Shown here one piece after another: positions 10,892 through 24,836 of a DNA stretch of 64,000 nucleotides (its first letter is position 1; each line of letters begins with the position of its first letter). The stretch spans positions 75,247 through 139,246 of the forward strand of contig VJWM01000281.1 of NCBI GenBank assembly GCA_010909165.1, in the 5' to 3' direction. Source of the stretch: Anthoceros angustus (Eukaryota > Plantae > Anthocerotophyta). The position numbers and the translations under genes were made by a program. Under the pieces are notes generated by a model. It was not told where the DNA came from, searched no databases, and saw only the letters and a list, made by a program, of their open reading frames with translations.

Positions 10892-11158
10892 CTAGTCTAG
10901 AAAAATAATGAGTTTTGCTTTCTCACGTCTTCTTGGACCGCGTCAACCCATGTAGTAGACATCGATTGGCACGCTTAGGCTATGAATATCGATCTCAAAA
11001 TATTTTTCACGAGGCATCGCGAGGCGACCCTGATCGTCTTCTTGTTCAAGGTACAATACACTATTTCAAGATCGCAAAGTGGACATTTGAAAGGTCCTTG
11101 ATAGCTTTGGCACGACTTTTGTGATTTTTGGTTTTGCCCAGCTCTTACGCTTGCCCAT
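10892..11158 (-). CDS. ELF1: Elf1-like, copy 3 (frameshifted as written)
   Basis: ATG 11158, stop 10892. Retains GAGGCGACCCTG, which reads RVAS on the minus strand just before the second CxxC. Confidence 0.78.
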
Positions 11159-12444
11159 GTTTCTCAATGTCTTGTTACGTGAGTTAGGCTCTTTATTTTC
11201 TTGGGATCTAAAAACGAAAGGAGGCGGTTACTAGGATTCAATACCGTATTTGTTCACACGATGGAACATATATAGTCTTTCTTTCGGTGAAATTTCTCGG
11301 TATTTATTCAAAGATATTTACAAGCCAGCTCACAAAAAAAACCCTATTGTGGCTATCATGATGTGCAAGCTTGATCACATGTTGCTCACCCTAATAAACC
11401 CCCACGGTCCTAGTTCATGTAGTTCAAATCCGCCACTTGGCCAACTACTAGTTGAACTGCAATTCAACGACGCCCGAATTGCCAGTGCGAGGAGGTCTTT
11501 ACTATGTAGAAAAGGTTTTTTTTTTTTTTTGGTTGGAAGTTTCATGCCAAAGCTGGTTAAAAAGTAACGTTTGGGTCGGACCGTTCGATGATAGTTCATA
11601 CATGCCACATAAGCAATCATGCTTTAGTAGAGAAATTAATCCAAAATAGAATGGGTGTAGTTTCTCTTTGATGTAGACTAAGACTAAGCTTGAACTATCA
11701 TTGAACTACTAGTTTGGCATGGACCTCGCCTAATGAGTTTTGCTTTCTCACCGTCTTCTTGTTCAAACATGAAGATCACTTTTGAATAGGTTTTCAAAGT
11801 TTTGGTGTTTCATACTCAAGATGGGGTATTGTTATTCTTCTTCTATTTATCTATCTAGGTACATGATCGGCATCAACAAATCCATCAATTGCAAGAATGT
11901 ATCCAAGCGATGGACAATAAACACCAACAATATTTTTGCCAACTTCATTGCTAGTTCTAAATAAAGCTCCAAAACCTACATTATTTACATCGTCCTCGAA
12001 ATTAGCATACAATGAGCCTAATTGTGTGTCTTCGTATATGTGGGCGTAGTTGATCTTGGCATGCAAGTCCTTGCACTACATGTCGGTACTAGGTGCTTCT
12101 TTGGCTTCTTGATCCCACTCCTCGTGAGACAGTTTTATGAGCCTCCAATGCGCCATGTGATTATTCTATTACTTGGCCAATCACGATGATTACTTTTGGT
12201 CTTTGCCCTTTTCTATTCTTGGAATTTTTGATTTGTTGAGTAGCCTACCAACTACGGACCGTGATCCAAGGACGAGCATAGTCTCGATGAGCTAAGCACC
12301 TAATCGATTGCACGGCGCAGCACGAGATGGTGGACTGCGCAAGGAGGCGGCTTGCGACTAACCATAGTCGTGCTAGCCTAGGTTAACTCACTAGAGCATA
12401 GTTAGCAAACCGTAGTCAAGAACCTCGGGTTACACAAATTGGAC

Positions 12445-12879
12445 ATGGACACGGACCAAGCCGCAGGGCTACAAGTCACACGCCAAGATCAAGAAGACTC
12501 TCTTCTTCATGCCCCTCGCCTCGCTCGCGGTCGAGGCCCTCGCCATGTGCGCTCATATATGGTATCAAAGCCTATCCATCGATCTGCACCGATGTTTCTT
12601 GAAGATCTCAATGCCGGAGTGGATCAAAGAAGGAGATATGGGAGCTTGCGTAACGATCGAGCGTTAGGGCTTAGGGCGGGAGCAGCAAGCCTTGTCATAG
12701 CATTAGGGCTTATCCGACTTCTAGAAAAGGTAGTTAATATAAGCGGCATCCTACGAGATGGGCACCCACAGCACGAGGAGCGCAGCGGGAACGAGAGTCT
12801 CTTGGATCTTGGGAACGGATCAAGTAGCCCGCGCCTTGTCCGAGCACGTGTTCAAATATTTGACTCACCTTGTTCTTGA
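12445..12879 (+). CDS. Hypothetical ~145-codon ORF in the GC-rich part of the unit (representative copy)
   Basis: ATGGACACGGAC start in every unit. The frame stays open to 12879 in this copy and for 115 codons at 21595-21942. No recognised homology. Confidence 0.2.
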   Translation: MDTDQAAGLQVTRQDQEDSLLHAPRLARGRGPRHVRSYMVSKPIHRSAPMFLEDLNAGVDQRRRYGSLRNDRALGLRAGAASLVIALGLIRLLEKVVNISGILRDGHPQHEERSGNESLLDLGNGSSSPRLVRARVQIFDSPCS

Positions 12880-13487
12880 CTAGAGTATGCCTAACTCGTT
12901 AGTTGATCCTAGGTTAGTCTCTCAAGCTAAACTAAGTACATCCTATAGCTAGCTAGCTAGCCCTCGTGCTTGCTATGTCGGACGCCGCCACGGCCCTCGG
13001 CGAGGATTAGCGGCTCGGTGCTATGTCCATCATAGCCTCGCGATCGACTATGTCCTTCACGGTGGAGCTTGCTCAATCCGTGATGATTAACAAAAGCTCA
13101 TACACTCTTAAGTGCACAAGCACGAAGCAATTGTAACTATGGTTGATATAAACATAATTTCTAAGAAGGCACAAGTTGGTCTTGAAGATGGTCTTTGCCC
13201 TCTTCCTCTTCTTGGCATGCAAGTCCTTGCACCATTCTTGCGTGCCTTTTGAGACATGTTGTATGATTCCCCAATGTGCCAAGAGATTATTCTTTTACTT
13301 GTTCAAACATGAAGATCACTTTTGGTCTTTGCCCTCTTCCTCTTCTTGGCATTTTCGGTGATTTGTGGAGCAACCCACTAATGTTTCATTATAACTTATT
13401 TCAAAAACTTTAATCAAATCCATATGGACATATACATATGTCCAAACAGTTCAAATCCGCCGTGACGAGGAAAATGCAAATGCTAGC

Positions 13488-13742
13488 CTAGTCTAGAAAA
13501 ATAATGAGTTTTGCTTTCTCACCGTCTTCTTGGACCGCGTCAACCCGTAGTAGACATCGATTGGCACGCTTAGGCTATGAATATCGGTCTCAAATATTTT
13601 TCATGACGAGGCGACCCTGCTCTTCTTGTTCAAGGTACAATACACTATTTCAAGATCGCAAAGTGGACATTTGAAAGGTCCTTGATAGCTTTGGCACGAC
13701 TTTTGTGATTTTTGGTTTTGCCCAGCTCTTACGCTTGCCCAT
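13488..13742 (-). CDS. ELF1: Elf1-like, copy 4 (frameshifted as written)
   Basis: ATG 13742, stop 13488; both halves match the consensus. Confidence 0.75.
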
Positions 13743-16104
13743 GTTTCTCAATGTCTTGTTCGTGAGTTAGGCTCTTTATTTTCTTGGGATCTAAAAAGCG
13801 AAAGGAGGCGGTTACTAGGATTCAATACCGTATTTGTTCACACGATGGAACATATATAGTCTTTCTTCGGTGAAATTTCTCGGTATTTATTCAAAGATAT
13901 TTACAAGCCAGCTCACAAAACCCTATTGTGGCTATCATGATGTGCAAGCTTGATCACATGTTGCTCACCCTAATAAACCCCCACGGTCCTAGTTCATGTA
14001 GTTCAAATCCGCCACTTGGCCAACTACTAGTTGAACTGCTAGTTGAACTACATTGCCGGCGAGGAGGTCTTTACTATGTAGAAAAGGTTTTTTTTTTTTG
14101 GTTGGAAGTTTCATGCCAAAGCTGGTTAAAAAGTAACGTTTGGGTCGGACCGTTCGATGATAGTTCATACATGCCACATAAGCAATCATGCTTTAGTAGA
14201 AATTAATCCAAAATAGAATGGGTGTAGTTTCTCTTTGATGTAGACTAAGCTTGAACTATCATTGAACTACTAGTTTGGCATGGACCGTTCGATGATAGTT
14301 CATACATGCCACATAAGCAATCATGCTTTAGTAGAAATTGATCCAAAATAGAATGGGTGTAGTTTCTCTTTGATGTAGACTAGGTTTTCAAAGTTTTGGT
14401 GTTTCATACTCAAGATGGGGTATTGTTATTCTTCTTCTATTTATCTATCTAGGTACATGGTAGCATCAACAAATCCATCAATTGCAAGAATGTATCCAAG
14501 CGATGGACAATAAACACCAACAATATTTTTTGCCAACTTCATTGCTAGTTCTAAATAAAGCTCCAAAACCTACATTATTTACATCGTCCTCGAAATTAGC
14601 ATACAATGAGCCTAATTGTGTGTCTTCGTATATGTGGGGGCGTAGTTTGATCTTGGCATGCAAGTCCTTGCACTACATGTCGGTACTAGGTGCTTCTTTG
14701 GCTTCTTGATCCCACTCCTCGTGAGACAGGTTTTATGAGCCTCCAATGCGCCATGTGATTATTCTATTACTTGGCCAATCACGATGATTACTTTTTGATC
14801 TTTGCCCCTTTTCTATTCTTGGAATTTTTGACTGATTTGTTGAGTAGCCTACCAACTACGGACCGTGATCAGGGCGAGCATAGTCTCGATGAGCTAAGCA
14901 CCTAATCGGTGCAGACGACCGCGAGATGGTGGATGCGGCAAGGAGGCGGCTTGCGACTAACCATAGTCGTGCTAGCCTAGGTTAACTCACTAGAGCATAG
15001 TTAGCAAACCGTAGTCAAGAACCTCGGGTTACACAAATTGGACATGGACACGGACCAAGCCGCGGGGGCTACAAGTCACACGCCAAGATCAAGAAGACTC
15101 TCTTCTTCATGCCCCTCGCCTCGCTCGAGGCCCTCGTCATGTGCGCTCATATGGTATCAAAGCCTATCCATCGATCTGCGACCGATGTTTCTTGAAGATC
15201 TCAATGCACCGGAGTGGATCAAAAGAAGGAGATATGGGAGCTTGCTCAATCCGCCACTTGGCCAATCACGATGATTACTTTTGGTCTTTGCCCTTTTCTA
15301 TTCTTGGAATTTTGGTGATTTGTGGAGCAAGCCTTGTCATAGCATTAGGGCTTATCCACTTCTAGAAAAGGTAGTTAATATAAGCGGCATCCTACGAGAT
15401 GGGCACCCACGAGGAGCGGCAAGGCGAACGAGAGAGTCTCTTGGATCTTGGGAACGGATCAAGTAGCCCGCGCCTTGTCCGAGCACGTGTTCAAATATTT
15501 GACTCACCTTGTTCTTGACTAGAGTATGCCTAACTCGTTAGTTGATCCTAGGTTAGTCTCTCAAGCTAAACTAACAGTACATCCTATAGCTAGCTAGCTA
15601 GCCCTCGTGCTTGCGCTATGTCGGACGCCGCCACGGCCCTCGCCGGGATTAGGCGGCTCGGTGCTATGTCCATCATAGCCTCGCGATCGACTATGTCCTT
15701 CACGGTGGAGCTTGCTCAATCCGCCGTGTGATTAACAAAAGCTCATACACTCTTAAGTGCACAAGCACGAAGCAATTGTAACTATGGTTGATATAAACAT
15801 AATTTCTAAGAAGGCACAAGTTGGTCTTGAAGATGGTGCTGTCGTATTCTGGCACCATTCTTGCGTGCCTTTTGAGACATGTTGTATGATTCCCCAATGT
15901 GCCAAGAGATTATTCTTTTACTTGTTCAAACATGAAGATCACTTTTGGTCTTTGCCCTCTTCCTCTTCTTGGCATTTTCGGCTGATTTGTGGAGCAACCC
16001 ACTAATGTTTCATTATAACTTATTCAAAAACTTTAATCAAATCCAAAACATATACATATGTCCAAGCAGTTCTAAATCGGTGTGAGGAAAATGCAAATGC
16101 TAGC

Positions 16105-16364
16105 CTAGTCTAGAAAAATAATGAGTTTTGCTTTCTCACCGTCTTCTTGGACCGCGTCAACCTGTAGTAGACATCGATTGGCACGCTTAGGCTATGAATA
16201 TCGTCTCAAATATTTTTCACAGCGCCAAGATCAAGAAGACTCTCTTCTTGTTCAAGGTACAATACACTATTTCAAGATCGCAGTGGACATTTGAAAGGTC
16301 CTTGAGATAGCTTTGGCACGACTTTTGTGATTTTTGGTTTTGCCCAGCTCTTACGCTTGCCCAT
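16105..16364 (-). CDS. ELF1: Elf1-like, copy 5 (frameshifted as written)
   Basis: ATG 16364, stop 16105; the middle (16221-16243) is replaced by another unit segment. Confidence 0.75.
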
Positions 16365-18669
16365 GTTTCTCAATGTCTTGTTCGTGAGTTAGGCTCTTTA
16401 TTTTCTTGGGATCTAAAAAGCGAAAGGAGGCGGTTACTAGGATTCAATACCGTATTTGTTCACGATGGAACATATATAGTCTTTCTTTCGGTGAAATTTC
16501 TCGGTATTTATTCAAAGATATTTACAAGCCAGCTCACAAAAAAACCCTATTGTGGCTATCATGATGTGCAAGCTTGATCACATGTTGCTCACCCTAATAA
16601 ACCCCACGGTCCTAGTTCATGTAGTTCAAATCCGCCACTTGGCCAACTACTAGTTGAACTGCAATTCAACGCCGAATTGCGAGGAGGTCTTTACTATGTA
16701 GAAAAGGTTTTTTTTTTTTTTTGGTTGGAAGTTTCATGCCAAAGCTGGTTAAAAGTAACGTTTGGGTCGGACCGTTCGATGATAGTTCATACATGCCACA
16801 TAAGCAATCATGCTTTAGTAGAGAAATTGATCCAAAATAGAATGGGTGTAGTTTCTCTTTGATGTAGACTAAGACTAAGCTTGAACTATCATTGAACTAC
16901 TAGTTTGGCATGGACCTCGTCTAATCATTCTGCGTTCTCTTTGCACTTTTGAATAGGTTTTCAAAGTTTTGGTGTTTCATACTCAAGATGGGGTATTGTT
17001 ATTCTTCTTCTATTTATCTATCTAGGTACATGGCATCAACAAATCCATCAATTGCAAGAATGTATCCAAGCGATGGACAATAAACACCAACAATATTTTT
17101 GCCAACTTCATTGCTAGTTCTAAATAAAGCTCCAAAACCTACATTATTTACATCGTCCTCGAAATTAGCATACAATGAGCCTAATTGTGTGTCTTCGATA
17201 TGTGGGGCGTAGTTTGATCTTGGCATGCAAGTCCTTGCACTACATGTCGGTACTAGGTGCTTCTTTGGCTTCTTGATCCCACTCCTCGTGAGACAGGTTT
17301 TATGAGCCTCCAATGCGCCATTTGATTATTCTATTACTTGGCCAATCACGATGTTTACTTTTTGGTCTTTGCCCCTTTTCTATTCTTGGAATTTTTGACT
17401 GATTTGTTGAGTAGCCTACCAACTACCTGGACCGTGATCCAAGGACGAGCATAGTCTCGATGAGCTAAGCACCTAATCAGTGCCAGAAGAGCAGCCGCAC
17501 GAGATGGTGGACTGCAGCAAGGAGCTGGCTTGCGACTAACCATAGTCGTGCTAGCCTAGGTTAACTCACTAGAGCATAGTTAGCAAACCGTAGTCAAGAA
17601 CCTCGGGTTACACAAATTGGACATGGACACGGACCAAGCCGCGGGGCTACAAGTCACACGCCAAGATCAAGAAGACTCTCTTCTTCATGCCCCTCGCCTC
17701 GCTCGCGGTCGAGGCCCTCGTCATGTGCGCTCATATATGGTATCAAAGCCTATCCATCGATCTGCGACCGATGTTTCTTGAAGATCTCAATGCACCGGAG
17801 TGGATCAAAAGAAGGAGATATGGGAGCTTCACAACGATCGAGCATTAGGGCTTAGGGCGGGGAGCAGCAAGCCTTGTCATAGCATTAGGGCTTATCCACT
17901 TCTAGAAAAGGTAGTTAATATAAGCGGCATCCTACGAGATGGGCACCCACAGCACGAGGAGCGGCAGAACGAGAGAGTCTCTTGGATCTTGGGAACGGAT
18001 CAAGTAGCCCGCGCCTTGTCCGAGCACGTGTTCAAATATTTGACTCACCTTGTTCTTGACTAGAGTATGCCTAACTCGGTTAGTTGATCCTAGGTTAGTC
18101 TCTCAAGCTAAACTAACTGTACATCCTATAGCTAGCTAGCTAGCCCTCGTGCTATGTCCATCATAGCCTCGCGATCGACTATGTCGGACGCCGCCACGGC
18201 CCTCGGCGGATTAGGTGGCTCGGTGCTATGTCCATCATAGCCTCGCGATCGACTATGTCCTTCACTGGAGCTTGCTCAATCCGCCGTGACGATTAACAAA
18301 AGCTCATACACTCTTAAGTGCACAAGCACGAAGCAATTGTAACTATGGTTGATATAAACATAATTTCTAAGAAGGCACAAGTTGGTCTTGAAGATGGTCT
18401 GTGTCGTATTCTGGCACCATTCTTGCGTGCCTTTTGAGACATGTTGTATGATTCCCCAATGTGCCAAGAGATTATTCTTTTACTTGTTCAAACATGAAGA
18501 TCACTTTTTGGTCTTTGCCCTCTTCCTCTTCTTGGCATTTTCGGCTGATTTGTGGAGCAACCCACTAATGTTTCATTATAACTTATTTCAAAAACTTTAA
18601 TCAAATCCAAACATATACATATGTCCAAAGCAGTTCTAAATCGGGCGTGAGGAAAATGCAAATGCTAGC

Positions 18670-18933
18670 CTAGTCTAGAAAAATAATGAGTTTTGCTTTC
18701 TCACCGTCTTCTTGGACCGCGTCAACCCATGTAGTAGACATCGATTGGCACGCTTAGGCTATGAATATCGGTCTCAAAATATTTTTGCCAACTACTAGTT
18801 TGGCATGGACCTCGTCTTCTTGTTCAAGGTACAATACACTATTTCAAGATCGCAGTGGACATTTGAAAGGTCCTTGATAGCTTTGCACGACTTTTGTGAT
18901 TTTTGGTTTTGCCCAGCTCTTACGCTTGCCCAT
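18670..18933 (-). CDS. ELF1: Elf1-like, copy 6 (frameshifted as written)
   Basis: ATG 18933, stop 18670; the middle (18787-18815) is replaced by other unit segments. Confidence 0.75.
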
Positions 18934-21900
18934 GTTTCTCAATGTCTTGTTCGTGAGTTAGGCTCTTTATTTTCTTGGGATCTAAAAACGAAAGGAGATT
19001 ACTAGGATTCAATACGTATTTGTTCACACGATGGAACATATATAGTCTTTCTTTCGGTGAAATTTCTCGGTATTTATTCAAAGATATTTACAAGCCAGCT
19101 CACAAAAACCCTATTGTGGCTATCATGATGTGCAAGCTTGATCACATGTTGCTCACCCTAATAAACCCCACGGTCCTAGTTCATGTAGTTCAAATCCGCC
19201 ACTTGGCCAACTACTAGTTGAACTACTAGTTGAACTACATTGCCAATGCGAGGAGGTCTTTACTATGTAGAAAAGGTTTTTTTTTTTTGGTTGGAAGTTT
19301 CATGCCAAAGTGGTTAAAAAGTAACGCTTTGGGTCGGACCGTTCGATGATAGTTCATACATGCCACATAAGCAATCATGCTTTAGTAGAGAAATTGATCC
19401 AAAATAGAATGGGTGTAGTTTCTCTTTGATGTAGACTAAGACTAAGCTTGAACTATCATTGAACTACTAGTTTGGCATGGACCTCGTCTAATCCGTTCGT
19501 TCTCTTTGCACTTTTGAATAGGTTTTCAAAGTTTTGGTGTTTCATACTCAAGATGGGGTATTGTTATTCTTCTTCTATTTATCTATCTAGGTACATGATG
19601 GCATCAACAAATCCATCAATTGCAAGAATGTATCCAACGATGGACAATAAACACCAACAATATTTTTGCCAACTTCATTGCTAGTTCTAAATAAAGCTCC
19701 AAAACCTACATTATTTACATCGTCCTCGAAATTAGCATACAATGAGCCTAATTGTGTGTCTTCGTATATGTGGGCGTAGTTGATCTTGGCATGCAAGTCC
19801 TTGCACTACATGTCGGTACTAGGTGCTTCTTTGGCTTCTTGATCCCACTCCTCGTGAGACAGTTTTATGAGCCTCCAATGCGCCATGTGATTATTCTATT
19901 ACTTGGCCAATCACGATGATTACTTTTTGGTCTTTGCCCTTTTCTATTCTTGGAATTTTTGGTGATTTGTTGAGTAGCCTACCAACTACGGACGTGATCC
20001 AAGGGCGAGCATAGTCTCGATGAGCTAAGCACCTAATCGGTGCAGACGGCCGCACGAGATGGTGGATGCGGCAAGGAGGCGGCTTGCGACTAACCATAGT
20101 CGTGCTAGCCTAGGTTAACTCACTAGAGCATAGTTAGCAAACCGTAGTCAAGAACCTCGGGTTACACAAATTGGACATGGACACGGACCAAGCCGCAGGG
20201 CTACAAGTCACACGCGCCAAGATCAAGAAGACTCTCTTCTTCATGCCCCTCGCCTCGCTCGCGGTCGAGGCCCTCGCCATGTGCGCTCATATATGGTATC
20301 AAAGCCTATCCATCGATCTGCGACCGATGTTTCTTGAAGATCTCAATGCACCGGAGTGGATCAAAGAAGGAGATATGGGAGCTTCGATAGCTTTGGCACG
20401 ACTTTTGTGATTTTTGGTTTTGCCCAGCTCTTACGCTTGCCCATGTTTCTCAATGTCTTGTTCGTGAGTTAGGCTCTTTATTTTCTTGGGATCTAAAAAG
20501 CGAAAGGAGATTACTAGGATTCAATACCGTATTTGTTCACACGATGGAACATATATAGTCTTTCTTTCGTGAAATTTCTCGGTATTTATTCAAAGATATT
20601 TACAAGCCAGCTCACAAAAACCCTATTGTGGCTATCATGATGTGCAAGCTTGATCACATGTTGCTCACCCTAATAAACCCCACGGTCCTAGTTCATGTAG
20701 TTCAAATCCGCCACTTGGCCAACTACTAGTTGAACTGCAATTCAACAATGAGGAGGTCTTTACTATGTAGAAAAGGTTTTTTTTTTTTTTTTTTTGGTTG
20801 GAAGTTTCATGCCAAAGTGGTTAAAAAGTAACGCTTTGGGTCGGACCGTTCGATGATAGTTCATACATGCCACATAAGCAATCATGCTTTAGTAGAGAAA
20901 TTGATCCAAAATAGAATGGGTGTAGTTTCTCTTTGATGTAGACTAGGTTTTCAAAGTTTTGGTGTTTCATACTCAAGATGGGGTATTGTTATTCTTCTTC
21001 TATTTATCTATCTAGGTACATGATGGCATCAACAAATCCATCAATTGCAAGAATGTATCCAATCGATGGACAATAAACACCAACAATATTTTTGCCAACT
21101 TCATTGCTAGTTCTAAATAAAGCTCCAAAACCTACATTATTTACATCGTCCTCGAAATTAGCATACAATGAGCCTAATTGTGTGTCTTCGATATGTGGGC
21201 GTAGTTGATCTTGGCATGCAAGTCCTTGCACTACATGTCGGTACTAGGTGCTTCTTTGGCTTCTTGATCCCACTCGTGAGACAGTTTTATGAGCCTCCAA
21301 TGCGCCATGTGATTATTCTATTACTTGGCCAATCACGATGATTACTTTTTGGTCTTTGCCCTTTTCTATTCTTGGAATTTTTGATTTGTTGAGTAGCCTA
21401 CCAACTACGGACCGTGATCCAAGGACGAGCATAGTCTCGATGAGCTAAGCACCTAATCGGTGCAGACGGCCGCACGAGATGGTGGATCAAGAAGGAGATA
21501 TGGGAGCTTGCGACTAACCATAGTCGTGCTAGCCTAGGTTAACTCACTAGAGCATAGTTAGCAAACCGTAGTCAAGAACCTCGGGTTACACAAATTGGAC
21601 ATGGACACGGACCAAGCCGCAGGGCTACAAGTCACACGCGCCAAGATCAAGAAGACTCTCTTCTTCATGCCCCTCGCCTCGCTCGCGGTCGAGGCCCTCG
21701 CCATGTGCGCTCATATATGGTATCAAAGCCTATCCATCGATGCATTGCGACCGATGTTTCTTGAAGATCTCAATGCACCGGAGTGGATCAAAGAAGGAGA
21801 TATGGGAGCTTGCGCCAACGATCGAGCATTAGGGCTTAGGGCGGAGCAGACAAGCCTTGTCATAGCATTAGGGCTTATCCGACTTCTAGAAAAGGTAGTT

Positions 21901-22810
21901 AATATAAGCGGCATCCTACGAGATGGTGGAGCTTGCGACTAACCATAGTCGTGCTAGCCTAGTCTAGAAAAATAATGAGTTTTGCTTTCTCACCGTCTTC
22001 TTGGCATGCAAGTCCTTGCACTACATGTCGGTACTAGGTGCTTCTTTGGCTTATCCGACTTCTAGAAAAGGTAGTTAATATAAGCGGCATCCTACGAGAT
22101 GGGCACCCACAGCACGAGGAGCGGCAAGTCGGGAACGAGAGTCTCTTGGATCTTGGGAACGGATCAAGTAGCCCGCGCCTTGTCCGAGCACGTGTTCAAA
22201 TATTTGACTCACCTTGTTCTTGACTAGAGTATGCCTAACTCGTTAGTTGATCCTAGGTTAGTCTCTCAAGCTAAACTAACCGTACATCCTATAGCTAGCT
22301 AGCTAGCCCTCGTGCTTCGCTATGTCGGACGCCGCCACGGCCCTCGCCGGATTAGGCGGCTCGGTGCTATGTCCATCATAGCCTCGCGATCGACTATGTC
22401 CTTCACGGTGGAGCTTGCTCAATCCGCCGTGACGATTAACAAAAGCTCATACACTCTTAAGTGCACAAGCACGAAGCAATTGTAACTATGGTTGATATAA
22501 ACATAATTTCTAAGAAGGCACAAGTTGGTCTTGAAGATGGTGCTGTGTCGTATTCTGGCACCATTCTTGCGTGCCTTTTGAGACATGTTGTATGATTCCC
22601 CAATGTGCCAAGAGATTATTCTTTTACTTGTTCAAACATGAAGATCACTTTTTGGTCTTTGCCCTCTTCCTCTTCTTGGCATTTTTGATTTGTGGAGCAA
22701 CCCACTAATGTTTCATTATAACTTATTTCAAAAACTTTAATCAAATCCATATGGACATATACATATGTCCAAACAGTTCAAATCGGTGCGAGGAAAATGC
22801 AAATGCTAGC

Positions 22811-23077
22811 CTAGTCTAGAAAAATAATGAGTTTTGCTTTCTCACCGTCTTCTTGGACCGCGTCAACCCGGTGTAGTAGACATCGATTGGCACGCTTAGG
22901 CTATGAATATCGGTCTCAAATATTTTTCACAGGCGACGAGGCGACCCTGATTCTTCTTCTTGTTCAAGGTACAATACACTATTTCAAGATCGCAAAGTGG
23001 ACATTTGAAAGGTCCTTGAGATAGCTTTGGCACGACTTTTGTGATTTTGGTTTTGCCCAGCTCTTACGCTTGCCCAT
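22811..23077 (-). CDS. ELF1: Elf1-like, copy 7 (single-base homopolymer frameshifts)
   Basis: ATG 23077, stop 22811; CPLC intact. Frameshifts fall at T4 versus T5 and A3 versus A4 runs and at the GC-rich site. Confidence 0.78.
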
Positions 23078-24836
23078 GTTTCTCAATGTCTTGTTCGTGA
23101 GTTAGGCTCTTTATTTTCTTGGGATCTAAAAAGCGAAAGGAGGCAGTTACTAGGATTCAATACCGTATTTGTTCACACGATGGAACATATATAGTCTTTC
23201 TTCGGTGAAATTTCTGGTATTTATTCAAAGATATTTACAAGCCAGCTCACAAAAACCCTATTGTGGCTATCATGATGTGCAAGCTTGATCACATGTTGCT
23301 CACCCTAATAAACCCCACGGTCCTAGTTCATGTAGTTCAAATCCGCCACTTGGCCAACTACTAGTTGAACTACTAGTTGAACTACTAGTTGAACTGCAAG
23401 GAGGTCTTTACTATGTAGAAAAGGTTTTTTTTTTTTTTGGTTGGAAGTTTCATGCCAAAGTGGTTAAAAAGTAACGTTTGGGTCGGACCGTTCGATGATA
23501 GTTCATACATGCCACATAAGCAATCATGCTTTAGTAGAGAAATTAATCCAAAATAGAATGGGTGTAGTTTCTCTTTGATGTAGACTAAGACTAAGCTTGA
23601 ACTATCATTGAACTACTAGTTTGGCATGGACCTCGTCTAATCAAATCCAAAATAGAATGGGTGTAGTTTCTCTTTGCACTTTTGAATAGGTTTTCAAAGT
23701 TTTGGTGTTTCATACTCAAGATGGGGTATTGTTATTCTTCTTCTATTTATCTATCTAGGTACATGATGGCATCAACAAATCCATCAATTGCAAGAATGTA
23801 TCCAAGCGATGGACAATAAACACCAACAATATTTTTGCCAACTTCATTGCTAGTTCTAAATAAAGCTCCAAAACCTACATTATTTACATCGTCCTCGAAA
23901 TTAGCATACAATGAGCCTAATTGTGTGTCTTCGTATATGTGGGGCGTAGTTTGATCTTGGCATGCAAGTCCTTGCACTACATGTCGGTACTAGGTGCTTC
24001 TTTGGCTTCTTGATCCCACTCGTGAGACAGTTTTATGAGCCTCCAATGCGCCATGTGATTATTCTATTACTTGGCCAATCACGATGATTACTTTTTGGTC
24101 TTTGCCCTTTTCTATTCTTGGAATTTTTGATCGATTTGTTGAGTAGCCTACCAACTACGGACCGTGATCCAAGGACGAGCATAGTCTCGATGAGCTAAGC
24201 ACCTAATCGGTGCAGACGAGCACGAGATGGTGGATCAAAGAAGGAGATATGGGAGCTTGCGACTAACCATAGTCGTGCTAGCCTAGGTTAACTCACTAGA
24301 GCATAGTTAGCAAACCGTAGTCAAGAACCTCGGGTTACACAAATTGGACATGGACACGGACCAAGCCGCAGGGCTACAAGTCACACGCCAAGATCAAGAA
24401 GACTCTTCTTCATGCCCCTCGCCTCGCTCGCGGTCGAGGCCCTCGTCATGTGCGCTCATATATGGTATCAAAGCCTATCCATCGATGCATTGCGACCGAT
24501 GTTTCTTGAAGATCTCAATGCACCGGAGTGGATCAAAAGAAGGAGATATGGGAGCTTGCGACCAACGATCGGCATTGTTAGGGCTTAGGGCGAGGACGGA
24601 GCAAGCCTTGTCATAGCATTAGGGCTTATCCGACTTCTAGAAAAGGTAGTTAATATAAGCGGCATCCTACGAGATGGGCACCCACAGCACGAGGAGCGGC
24701 AAGCGAGAGTCTCTTGGATCTTGGGAACGGATCAAGTAGCCCGCGCCTTGTCCGAGCACGTGTTCAAATATTTGACTCACCTTGTTCTTGACTAGAGTAT
24801 GCCTAACTCGTTAGTTGATCCTAGGTTAGTCTCTCA

